DNA of 64,000 nucleotides from Lama guanicoe (taxonomy: Eukaryota): the NCBI GenBank assembly GCA_013239625.1, contig MU056434.1, forward strand, positions 868,001 to 932,000, written 5' to 3'. Positions 12,480 to 23,600 of the stretch are shown here, in pieces (positions within the stretch are counted from its first letter, which is position 1; each line of letters starts with the position of its first letter). The translations under genes were made by a program, and so were the position numbers. The notes under the pieces were generated by a model that was not told where the DNA came from, ran no database searches, and saw nothing but the letters and a program-made list of their open reading frames with translations.

Positions 12480-13330
12480 TTACGCCCGTGTGTGCGCGGC
12501 CTCGTCCGCACCGTCCGCACTGCCCACCCCGTAGACTGGCCCTCCGATCCCGGGTCCCGGCTTCCCCCGCGCTCCCCGTTCCCGGCGTCCCCCGCGCTCC
12601 CCGTTCCCGGCGTCCCCCGCGGCCGCCGCCCTCCGCGCGGCGAGCCCCGCCCAGGCGGCGACCGTTAGCGCGGCCGCGGCCTCAGCGCGGGGTCCCGCCC
12701 GCGCGGCCTCTCCATTGGGCCGCGCGCCGTGGCCGCGAGCGCCGCTCACCGCCGATTGGCGGCCTCCGCAGCCCGCTCCGCGGCTCCCCCAATGCGGGAC
12801 GGCCGCGCGCAGGATTGGCCGCGCGCGCCAAGGCCCACCCTCCGCTCGCCCCGCGCGGCAGGCGGGTCCCGCCGACCGGAGAGCGCCCGCGCGGCCCTTC
12901 TGGATGGCTGCGGCGGCCGGGCCTTGAGGGTCTCCGCCGCGGTCGGGCTGCGGGCAGCTCGGCGGGCCGCGGGCGCCGGAGGTAGGTGCGGGGCGCGAGG
13001 GGCGCCCCGCGGCCGGGCGGGCGGGCGGGTGGGCAGCGCTGCGGCCTCCGGGAGGCGCGCCCTTCCCCTCCCTCCCTCCCGGACCGAGGCCGCGGGCCGG
13101 ACGGCGGGTGGGAGGGCGCGGGCCGGCCGGGCCACGCGGAATCCCGGCCTTTGTGAAGCATCATGGCCGAGGGCCCCGGAGCGCGGGGCGGAGGTCCCGC
13201 AGGGGGCGGGGCGGGGGCCGTGGGTCGCCGCGCTGGCGGCTCTCCGCTTGGGCGAACACCCAGGTGTCAGCAGGCCCCTCGCCCCGTGGGCCCGAAGCCG
13301 TAGATGGTTCTCAGGCGGAAAAGGGACGGA
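12480..13330 (+). promoter_or_regulatory. DGCR8: CpG-island promoter and non-coding exon 1 of DGCR8 (donor GAG|GTAGGT after 12981)
   Basis: Very high GC/CpG density. Four CCAAT/ATTGG boxes at 12714, 12755, 12789 and 12814, GC boxes, and a strong splice donor at 12982. Confidence 0.85.
12556..12621. repeat. 25-bp GC-rich tandem repeat, about 2.6 copies (cccggcgtcccccgcgctccccgtt)
   Basis: Read directly from the sequence; one mismatch in the first copy. Confidence 0.85.
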
Positions 13331-14229
13331 TAGGGGCGGTGCTGCCCAGAGTAACATAGTTCGGGAAATCTGAGAAGTGGCCCCAGTCATCTCCACCAAA
13401 TGCTCACGACTGAGCATCACTATATGGTCTGGATGTGCTTTTGTCTAACAATGACCGAAACAGAAATAAATGGAAGGTGGCAACCTGTTGACAGTGATAC
13501 CTGTCAGGTGTCGTCCGGTGGACTTGGGTTGCTCAGGGTAGGAACACAATTTGTGGTTCTGCATGCTTGCATGTTCCTTGTTACCTGGTACACGGCAGTC
13601 CAGTCTAGGCTGGTGACCGTGGCAGGCCAACCACTAGGCGGGGATCCTGTTCGCAGCCGCAGCCTGGGCTCCCAGTCACGAGCTGCGGGTAGAGGGGGCC
13701 AAACCTTGCCGCAGGCGTTCGCTCACCAAAGGGAGTGAATGACCAGTCGTCAGTGCTGCCTGTGAGTGCAGAATGTGAGGCCTTCGGAGGATGACAAAAG
13801 GAGTGGATGAGGTCATACTGCCGCTGGGTTGGGCGGGGGGCTGCAGCGGGAGAGGCTTGTCCAAAAGGCAGCAAGCAGCCACAGCACTGGACCATCACAG
13901 ACGGCGCCTCCGAGCCACCCAGCGAGCGGACCTCAATGAAGGGTGCTGTCCAACCATGTGGGTTTTACTCTGTGCCAGGGATCCAGGGCGCCTGCTGTGA
14001 GTTTGCTGCTGGCTTGTGGTCCACTTGGCAAGCAAGGTTTGCATCCTGTGTTCAGTCAGCTGAAGCAGTAGTGAGACCGAGGGCGGGAGAGCCACCCTCT
14101 GAACCCTTTATGGCCAGGCAATCTGCAGGGCACCTCCCGGGGGATTGTATAATCAAACTGTGACCTTGGGATTAGGGAAGTGGACCTGACTGGTTTGCCC
14201 GATCTTGGCCTCTTGTTGGAGCTGCCATT

Positions 14230-15250
14230 GGGGATCTTGGCTTTAATGCACGCTCTCCTTGACATCTGCACCTGCACCCCCAGCCCTGGCCTCCCTTCTG
14301 AGCTGCAGCCTCCTGGTTCTCACTGACTCTCCCACATCTCCATGGTTACTCTGATGCCAAGTAGCCTTGCCCAAACCTAGACTCCTATATCCACTCACCT
14401 GGTGCTGCCCTCGCCACCTTGGCGCATGAACATTCTGTCCTTGAGTCTGCAGTCACCTGGGTCCTCTCGTAGGTCTCCATGCAGCCCTCAGGACAGTTCC
14501 TCACCACCTCCAGCTTCATGTGCTGGCCCAGGCTGCCTGGTGAGCCCCTTTCCTTTGCTCTGGCCTTTGCCTCTCCTGCCTTCCACCCACCTATAGTATT
14601 TTTGGACACATAGTGGTTTTTTAAAACTGCAATACTGTAAAACCAAGGCAGTACAGACTGCACCCAGCCTGCCTGAGGGGTAAAGCATCCCCACTGCTTT
14701 CCAGCTGTGCGACCTTGAGCAAGTTGCTTAACCATTTTTAGTGCTGTGTGAGAACTGGTGAGTGACAGTGCATAAAGCGCTGAGAACAGGGCCTGGCTGA
14801 GGGCTGGCTGCCACTGCAGACCTTGGATCACGTGGCTTCACTGCCTGGACCCTCCTGCCCAGTGGTCCATCTCCATCACGATAAGAGCCAGGGTCCTGGT
14901 CTCACCTGCCCTCACTGACGTGGCCTCCCCTCTCCCTGCTCAGCATAGTGCTCTCACCTGCCACCCTGTGCTCCTACTCTGGAGCCTTTGCTCTTTGTGT
15001 TGCCTAGGATGCTCCCCACCAAACCCCACTGCCCACCTGGCCCTGTCCTCTGCCCTCAGGTGGAGGCTGACCACCAGGCCTTCACTGCCCACCCTTTCCT
15101 TGCTTTGTTTCCTCTTGAACGGGTCTCAACTTTTCTTAGTTGTTACTTGTCCATCTCTCCCGTGAAAACATGAGCTCTGTGGCCAGAGACTTTGTCTCTC
15201 TCATGTCCTCAGCATGTAGAGTGGTGTGTACCACATGGAAGGCGTTGATG
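14230..15250. mobile_element. Cluster of degraded L2 and MIR fragments in DGCR8 intron 1
   Basis: L2-like ccttctgagctgcagcct and pyrimidine-rich tracts; MIR-like gctgtgcgaccttgagcaagttgcttaacc at about 14704-14733. Confidence 0.5.
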
Positions 15251-17416
15251 AGGAGGGAAAGCCCACAAAGGAGCGGTAAGGAGCCTGCCCAGGGCAGCCC
15301 TTTCCACTGAGGAGTCCTCAGCTGGGAGATGCTCCCTTGGGGCTGGGGAGGCTCCCCTCAGCTCCAGAGACCCTCTCTCCACAGCTCTGGGACCCTGCTC
15401 TGTGCACCCCTTCAAGGTCTCCCTTCATCAGTTATCATTTCACTTGGGCATCCTGCTTTGACTCTGGCTGCTGCTTAGCCTTTGAACAGGGTAGCAGGCG
15501 TCCCCATCCTGCACCGCATGGCTCCCATGCCCCCGTCTCCTCACATCTTCAGTGTAGCCTCTTCAGCTCCCAGAATCACGGACTGGCTCTTGCTCAGGTC
15601 TTTGCAGACCTGTCCGGTTCCGGGGGATTTAGTTCTGGTTGTATGTGTGTTCTGTAGTGCTGGGCATGCCGATTTATCTGACCTCCTCTGAAGTGACCTT
15701 TCTTGGTTGCCAGGAGACTGGCCTTACTCCACTTGGTGTTTGCCATGTCTGGCTGGCTGTCGCCTCCCCAGTGTCCACTGTGGCTCTGAGCCTGTCATCA
15801 CCTGTGTGCCGTGTTTCCTACATCCTGAACACCCCTGAGACACATACCTGTGAGGGAGGCATTGTGCTAAATTCCCACGAATTCAGAAATGGAAGGGCAC
15901 CTTAGAATCTAGGAAATAGAGGGACAGATCTGTGGTCGTCCTCTTGTTCATGGTAATGCCCCTGTCAGAGTAGGTGGTCTGCAAATATTTGTTGGATTAA
16001 TTAACTAAATGTAAACAGGTCTCTGATTTTTGTGTGGTGTCCCCTTGAAAGTAACCAGACACTCTGTCCCTTCATTGTAAACTTCAACGTGTTTCCTGTT
16101 CCGTCTGCAACAAATGGGTGTGGGCATGCATGTGTGTCCACAACCGTGTGCATGGCATGTTCCTGCGTGTCTGCACGTGCTTCCGTTCTGATGCCTTGCC
16201 CTCCTGCAGACCTGGGTTTGGCCTGCCCCTGGCCTGTCGTCTCAGCCTCACATCTCCCCTTTTGTCATGCTTCCCCCGGAGTGAACTTCCCAGAGTTGGC
16301 TCTTCAGCCTTCCTCTTGGTCTGCCTTCCCTCTCCTGTGGCCCGGTCGCTGATGCGTTCTGGCCGCCTGTATCCGGGCCAGGTCTGCCCAGAGGCTCCGT
16401 CCACGCTCCTCTGCAGGCTCCTGCCTGAATACTGCAGCGCGTCCCCCAGGGGAGAAGGGGCAGCGGCGAGGACGGGGGAGGGTAGGAGCCGCGGTGAAAT
16501 CTTGTCCTGCGTTCTTTCTTGTCCCTGCTCCGCCTCCACCTGTCAGCAGTGCGCTCAGTCCTGTGTCTGCTGTTCTTGAGGGCCAGCCCGCTGCCAGAGC
16601 CTCTCTCACCCCTTTGCCCTCTGGCCTCAGGTGCAGCCATAGGGAGGACTGAGCTGTGGCACGGGAGGCACTTCACCGCAGTGACTTCTTGTTGCCCCAG
16701 GACTCCCTTGTGCCGTGGCCTCAGCTGTCTCCCGTAGTCCCCCAACCCTGGCCAGGCCCTCTTCCCTACAGCCCCCGCCCCCTCCTCTCCTGGGACTGAA
16801 CCAGCTCGCTGCATCACTGTCCCTGTCCCTGTGCCCTGGGGTCCCGGGGTAATACAGCCCCTGGCCCTGCCTCTGAGGCCCTAGTGCCACAGAGCTGAGC
16901 CGAGGGTCCCACGCTTGCCCTCTGACTGACCCGGCCCTAGCAGGTGAGTGGATCGGTGTCGCTCTGGTGGCTGGAGGGAAGCCGCACGCCAACTGTGTGC
17001 TCTGGAAAGGGCGGCCTTGCACTGCGTGCTGGCCTACCTAATAAACTGAGTGGGTGCTGCGGTGAAGCTTAGTGCAGTTTTTTTTTCCTTAAATCCTTTT
17101 TGAGTCTAAAGGTAGTACTGTTTTTGTGCTTCTGAAGTTGGAGTTATAGTGGACAAGTAACGTATTTAACTTTGGGTTTAAATTATGATTTAGGTTCTGA
17201 AGGAAAAGTAGAGTTAGCTTGTTTTGAAGCCTGAAAGGTTCTCTTAGGCAGTATTATTTCAAGTTTTTTAAATCTGCTGTGAATAGCACTCAACTCCTGG
17301 TACCAGGGAAGCAGAAGATTCTGTCATTTGTGACGATGTCTTTACGTCTCTTTGCAGGTGGAGGAAGACAGGTGCCCCTTGGGCACGAAGACAGGCTCGC
17401 TTAGTCGTCAGTCATT

Positions 17417-17504
17417 TAAGCTGAGTGCATTGTGATTTCCAATAATTGAGGCAGTGGTTCTAAAAGCTGTCTACATTAATGAAAAGAGCAATGTGGCCAG
17501 CTTG
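17417..17504 (+). ncRNA. MIR3618: DGCR8 5'UTR Microprocessor-target hairpin (mir-3618 / hairpin A); miR-3618-like 21-mer at 17468-17488
   Basis: taagctgagtgcattgtgatttccaataattgaggcagtggttctaaaagctgtctacattaatgaaaagagcaatgtggccagcttg matches the recalled human mir-3618. The arms pair (aagctg/cagctt, gcattg/caatgt). It lies in exon 2 (acceptor ends at 17357). Confidence 0.9.
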
Positions 17505-17637
17505 ACTAAGCCGCCAGCGTGTGCAGCGCGGGCAGGACGGCGCCTGGGTCTCGGCGGACTTGTGCATGTTAGCTGTGTAGATTTATGTAAGGTTTTTAAA
17601 ACTCTGGTCTTTTAAAGTAGTCTTACCCACTTTCACT

Positions 17638-20600
17638 ATGGAGACATGTGAGAGTCCCTCTCCTCTCCCGCGTGAGCCCGCAGGAGGAGCGGTGATGGAG
17701 AACCGAGCTTGCCCCCTCCAAGCGCTGCCCCGTGAACAGTCTCCACCACCTCCCCTGCAAACGTCCAGTGATGCAGAGGTAATGGACGTTGGCTCTGGTG
17801 GTGATGGACAGGCCGAACCCCCTGCCGAGGACCCGCTCAACTTCTACGGAGCGTCTCTTCTCTCCAGAGGATCCTTCTCTAAGGCCCNNNNNNNNNNNNN
17901 NNNNNNNNNNNNNNNNNNNNNNNNNNNNNNNNNNNNNNNNNNNNNNNNNNNNNNNNNNNNNNNNNNNNNNNNNNNNNNNNNNNNNNNNNNNNNNNNNNNN
18001 NNNNNNNNNNNNNNNNNNNNNNNNNNNNNNNNNNNNNNNNNNNNNNNNNNNNNNNNNNNNNNNNNNNNNNNNNNNNNNNNNNNNNNNNNNNNNNNNNNNN
18101 NNNNNNNNNNNNNNNNNNNNNNNNNNNNNNNNNNNNNNNNNNNNNNNNNNNNNNNNNNNNNNNNNNNNNNNNNNNNNNNNNNNNNNNNNNNNNNNNNNNN
18201 NNNNNNNNNNNNNNNNNNNNNNNNNNNNNNNNNNNNNNNNNNNNNNNNNNNNNNNNNNNNNNNNNNNNNNNNNNNNNNNNNNNNNNNNNNNNNNNNNNNN
18301 NNNNNNNNNNNNNNNAGAGACAGAGTGGACGAAGAGGCCTTGAATTTCTCCTACGAGGTATGTTGGCGGCCCCACTTTGGAGCCCTCTTAGCAAAACCCA
18401 GAGAGGTATTTGGGACCCGCAGTATCTTTTGAAAGCTGATGTTGCAGAGGAAAAAAAAAACACCCATGTGAGAAGAGAAAGCTGTAAGGAGTCCAGGTTT
18501 CCAACTTTGCTAATGACAGTCTGGCTGACAGGTCTGCCTCGTGCCCTTGTCCCAGCTGAGCTGGAAGGAGCTGCTGGCTGCGCTCCCTGGTGGCGCGAGC
18601 ACCGCCTGAGTGCGGTTCAGCTGTCGGTTTCACCCCATTTGTTTTTCAGATGATCCCGCACCATAGAGGCCCACCTAGGCCCCCAGGGCACTTCCGTTCT
18701 GTGTCATCACTGATGTTTCCCTGTGATGCTTGCCTGTGGGGCAGGAGCGCGGGCACGGGGGCTGGGGTCTGAGCAGCATGTTTTGCAGGACGACTTTGAC
18801 AACGATGTCGACGCCCTACTGGAAGAGGGCCTCTGCGCTCCCAAGAAGAGGCGGGTGGAGGAGAGGTACGGGGCAGACAGTGACCATCCGTCAGACGGAG
18901 AGACGAGCGTGCAGCCCATGATGACCAAAATCAAAACAGTACTCAAAAGTAAGTGGGGTCAGAGAGTGGGGAGTGTTTGCGGTGGCGCGGGTGCTGGCCT
19001 GAGAGCCCTCAGGGTGCCAAGCAGTGGTCAGGGTCGGCCGGTCTGCTGAAGGGAGACAGACCAGACATAAGCACATGTCCAGGCGCAGGACAGCCCAGCA
19101 GCAGGTGGCATGAGTGCTATGGAGACCAGAGGGGCTGAGGTCTTGCAGCATAGCGGGGCCTTCCAAGGTGGGTCAGGGACCCAGGAGCCAGGGAGGAGGC
19201 AGCCAGGGGTGTGGAAGCCAAGGGTAGGGGTGGGTGGGGTCCAGGTGCTAGCTTCTGTGCTGAGAGTCAGGGAGCCACTGGAAGCAGACGTGTCTGAAAG
19301 CCTGGCTCCAGTGCACAGCACGGGTGGTGCACTTCCGTGGACAGAGGTGGAGGGGTCGGGTGGTGGTGAGGGGGTACCGTGCCCTGCAGCCCCCGCTGAT
19401 GCGATGAGGTCAGAGGTTCCTTGTTGGTTTCTGCCTTGGCCTGGAGGCGCCGGTGAGTGTCCAGGTGGTGTGTCAGGTGGGCAGGCAGGCAATAGAAAGG
19501 GGCTGAGAAGACACATGGGACTTGGCTCAGAAGGTGGCGAGTGTGACAGGAGCAACCTGGGGGCCAGACATGTTGGCAGTGCTGGGCCAGGCTCTGTCCG
19601 AGTGGGCTCTGGTCCCTTGGCCTCTGGGAGTGCTGTCTGAGCAGACAGCCACCTTGAGCAGTGCCCAGGTCAGCGGGATGCCTGGCCAGGCCTGCAGGTG
19701 CCTTTCCCACAGCCTCTGCCTCGCCTGCCTGCCCTGCCATCCTCCCAGGAGCTGCCACACGGACTGCGCCCACCTACGGTGTGAGCCATACACAGGCTCT
19801 TTGGCGGCTGGGCCAACACTGTGACTCCTTGCATTGAGCAGGTGTGAGGTGGCTCCAGGCCCCACCGAGGGAGAGTGTCTGGCAGTCCGCGGCTGTCCAA
19901 CCTCGCACAGCTCCCAGGGCCGCCCCACACCCAGGTCCATCTGGTGCTGGCCTGGCACTGGAGTACTGCTCCCTTTTCCACGAGAGTCACTGGTGCTGTT
20001 TCACCATGTAATACATGTTTTTAGAGTTCACTTGGTTTTTTACTTTTGTTTCTAAATTTTTAACTTGCTCCTGATACCTGTAAGAAAATTAAGTTTTAGT
20101 TAAATCTTTGCCATGGGCTGTTCCCAGCAGCCAAGCCTGTCCGTGGCGGATGTCAGGTGGATAACGAGTCTGATGACTGTGAAGCAGGAAAGGGCAAGAG
20201 TGGTGTCTTACACTGACTTAGAAGGTGGTGAATTTGAAGTGGTGCTTTGTGCGCTGGTGGAAGTGTTGCCACCTGGTCATGGAGCAGTGGTCCACCGACA
20301 TGCAGTTATTAGCAAAGCCTCCCCAGCCCCTGCAGTGCCTCTGACCATGGCGAGGCGAGCAGGCAGAGGGCCCAGTGTCCATGGTCCTCGACAGCTGTGA
20401 AGGCAGAGCCAAGGTGAGGCCGTGCCTTGCAGAACCCTGTTCTGGGCTCCTTGGTGTGTATGCCCTGTTCTAGGCGGGGGGTACAGCAGTGAGCAGGACG
20501 GACGGCTTCCTGCTGCAGGAGGGACTAGAGTCTAAGTCACACACAGATGGCAGACAGCACGGTTGTGCACATGGGAGGTGCCTCGTGGAGGCTTGGCAGG

Positions 20601-23600
20601 GACAGGCTCTGCCCAGGGGAGGGCGCAGTTCCCCTACTCCTGCCTCTTAGGGGTCCTCTTTTAACGTTTGATCGACCTCACTGCTGCTGTCTGTCGCGTG
20701 TCATGACTTAGAAAACCTCCTGATGGTGTTTAGGTGATGGTTGGTGTTCCTGTCCTTCGTGCAGGTCGTGGCCGCCCCCCGACAGAGCCGTTGCCCGATG
20801 GGTGGATCATGACGTTCCATAACTCCGGAGTCCCTGTGTACCTGCACCGAGAGTCGCGGGTGGTCACCTGGTCCAGGCCGTACTTCTTGGGAACGGGAAG
20901 CATACGGGTAGGGGACGTAGCGGCTGTGCACTTAGTCTCGTAGGTTTGCAGGAGGAGCGTGCACACCTGCACACGCTGCGGTGCAGCCCAGCAGAGTCAG
21001 GTGAAAGACGTCGGACGGGCAGACCTCCGGGGCTGGGCTTGTGATGGGTGTTGCAACTTCACTGTCCACAGAAACACGACCCTCCTCTGAGTAGCATCCC
21101 CTGCCTGCATTACAAGAAAATGAAGGACAACGAGGAGAGGGAGCAGAGCAGTGAGCTCGCGTCCGGTGGGGAGGTGTCCCCGGCCAAGCCCCCAAGCCGG
21201 TCTGCGGAGCTGGAGCCCCCACCGGAGGAGCCCGACTCCTTGGGGGCCGACTCGGGGCCCCCAGATGAGAAAGACGCACTGGGGGCCGAGGCCGCCCCTG
21301 GGGCCCTGGGGCAGGTGAAGGCCAAGGTGGAAGTGTGCAAAGATGAGTCAGTCGGTAAGTTTGCAGAGTGAACGTCGGGACGGCGGTGGCCTGTCTGGCC
21401 CTGCAGGCCTGTGTGGCCGTGATGCCGAAGATACGGCCTTTTCCTCTGGCCGCGGCCTCCATCTTTCTTGAAGTCCTGCTTTTCTGGGGCTACATCTGGC
21501 GTGCTCAGCGTCGGGTCTGCGCTGTGTGGCATGGGTGCTGCCTTCCCAGACCTAGGGCCACGCTCTGGGTGTGTGGTGTCCCCTCTCCGCGTGTCCTCCT
21601 GGTGGCTCGCTGACTCAGCCCACCTGCTGCTCCTCTGTCAGGAGTGCTGTGTGTCCTCAGGATTCCTGGTTGTCTGGGCTGCTGCCTGGCCTGTCTTGTA
21701 ACTCTTGTATGTGAGGAAGGGTAGGTCGGCCCCTGAGGGGTGGAAGGAGGCCCCTGAGGAGAGGGCTGTCACAGCTGGGAGGGGCCTCCCTGTGAGATCA
21801 CTGAGCAGTGTGCTTCCTCACACGGAACACTGAGGGTGCTCCTGTCTTTCTGGAAACACCTGCCTCCCACCTCTCACCTTGTGCACTTGTTTCCAGACTT
21901 GCTTCTCTGCACTCATGGATAAAGAAACTTGTGGTTTCGGTTCATATTTATTAAGCGTGTTACGTGGCCCATGTTGATTGCCACACCCCCTTCCACTGCT
22001 GCTTGTGGGGCCGCCGCAGGGCTCACACTGGCATGGTGGGACACAGGCAGGTCCTGGGTGAAGCTGATGGGAACGCTGTGGTCCTCCCTAAATGGGGTGA
22101 GGAGGAGGGGACATGGCAGAGACCGGGCCAAGCCAGGCCTGTAGGGAGAGGCGGGGCCAGGCCTGGGAGCACTGGGGACTTACGGTGCCTCGGCTGCTGC
22201 AGGGCGTCCGGTGCCCATTTTAGAGGGAGGACAGTTTGTGAGGCTGCTGTCACCACTGCTGCTGTTTTAAGCTTTTTTGCTTGCTTATTTTTGTATTCTT
22301 GTTCTTGCTTTGAATAAGATGAAAGGATGTCCCAGAAAGTTGTCCGTGGGGACCTGCCTGGATCATTTGAGCTGGCAGAGGGAAGGGGCCTGATTCCTGG
22401 CCTCCCTCCTTGGGGAGGAAAGGGCAGGGGCATCATGCGGCCAGGACCAGTCCTGCTTGCCGGGCAGAGGACAAGACTCTCAGGCTGGGAATCAGTGACT
22501 CTGGTCTCTGGTGAATCTCTGCAGACCTCGAGGAATTTCGGAACTACCTAGAGAAACGCTTTGACTTCGAGCAAGTTACCGTGAAGAAATTCAGGACGTG
22601 GGCTGAGCGTCGGCAGTTCAATCGAGAAATGAAGCGAAAACAGGCCGAGTCAGAGAGGCCCATCCTGCCGGCCAACCAGAAGCTCATCACTCTGTCTGTG
22701 CAGGATGCACCCACGAAGAAAGGTGAGCCGGGCTGGGGGATTCTCAGGTCGGACCGGTCCTGCTGGCGTTCTCTTCACCCGACGTTCTCGGGACTGGTGC
22801 CTGGCGGGGGCTGTGTCTGTTCACAGCCCGTCTGCCCTGCATGTGCGCCAGGTTCTCACCCGCAGAAGCAGGGCGTGGCGGGGCCGAGGGCTGGCTTGCC
22901 GCAGTCACATGCCGCAGCTGAGGCAGCCCCTCTTGTTGCAGAGTTTGTCATTAACCCCAACGGAAAGTCTGAGGTCTGCATTCTGCACGAGTACATGCAG
23001 CGAGTGCTCAAGGTCCGCCCTGTGTACAACTTCTTTGAATGTGGTGAGTGCCTTTCCGTCTCATCCTGAAGAGTCAAGCCTGTCACCTTGGTCACGGGGG
23101 AGGCAGGAGCTGACTGTCCGCCCCGTCTGCTGGGACAGAAATGAGGGTGAGGTTGAGGAGGGACATGCCCTGTCCAAGGGTGACCGTCCTACTCTCCACA
23201 CCCCCTCCCCACCTTCCTCTTGTCCCTCCCTGGCCACCGCGCCTCCCGAGGACCCAGGTGGATGAAGAGCTGCAGGCCTGCACCTCCCACCAGCCTCCCC
23301 CGTGGCTACCTTCCTTGCTCCTCCAGGAGGACCGGGTTTTCTCCCCTGGGAAGCCAGGACCTTGGCATCACTCCTTTCTCCTGTGTCTTTGGTTCCCGCC
23401 TCTCACAGTCCTCCGTCTGCCCGTCTTTCCCAGAGCTTGATCCCTTCCCTGGTGGCTCTGCCTCTGGCCTCCTGTCTCCCCTCCAGCTTACTATCCCAGG
23501 GCCCCTGTTTGTCCATTTCCTGGTTTGTTCTCTGCCTGCTGACTGTCCCTTAGCCCCAGCTCAGTGCCTTGGGAACCCCAGACCTCTGCCTTCCAACAGC

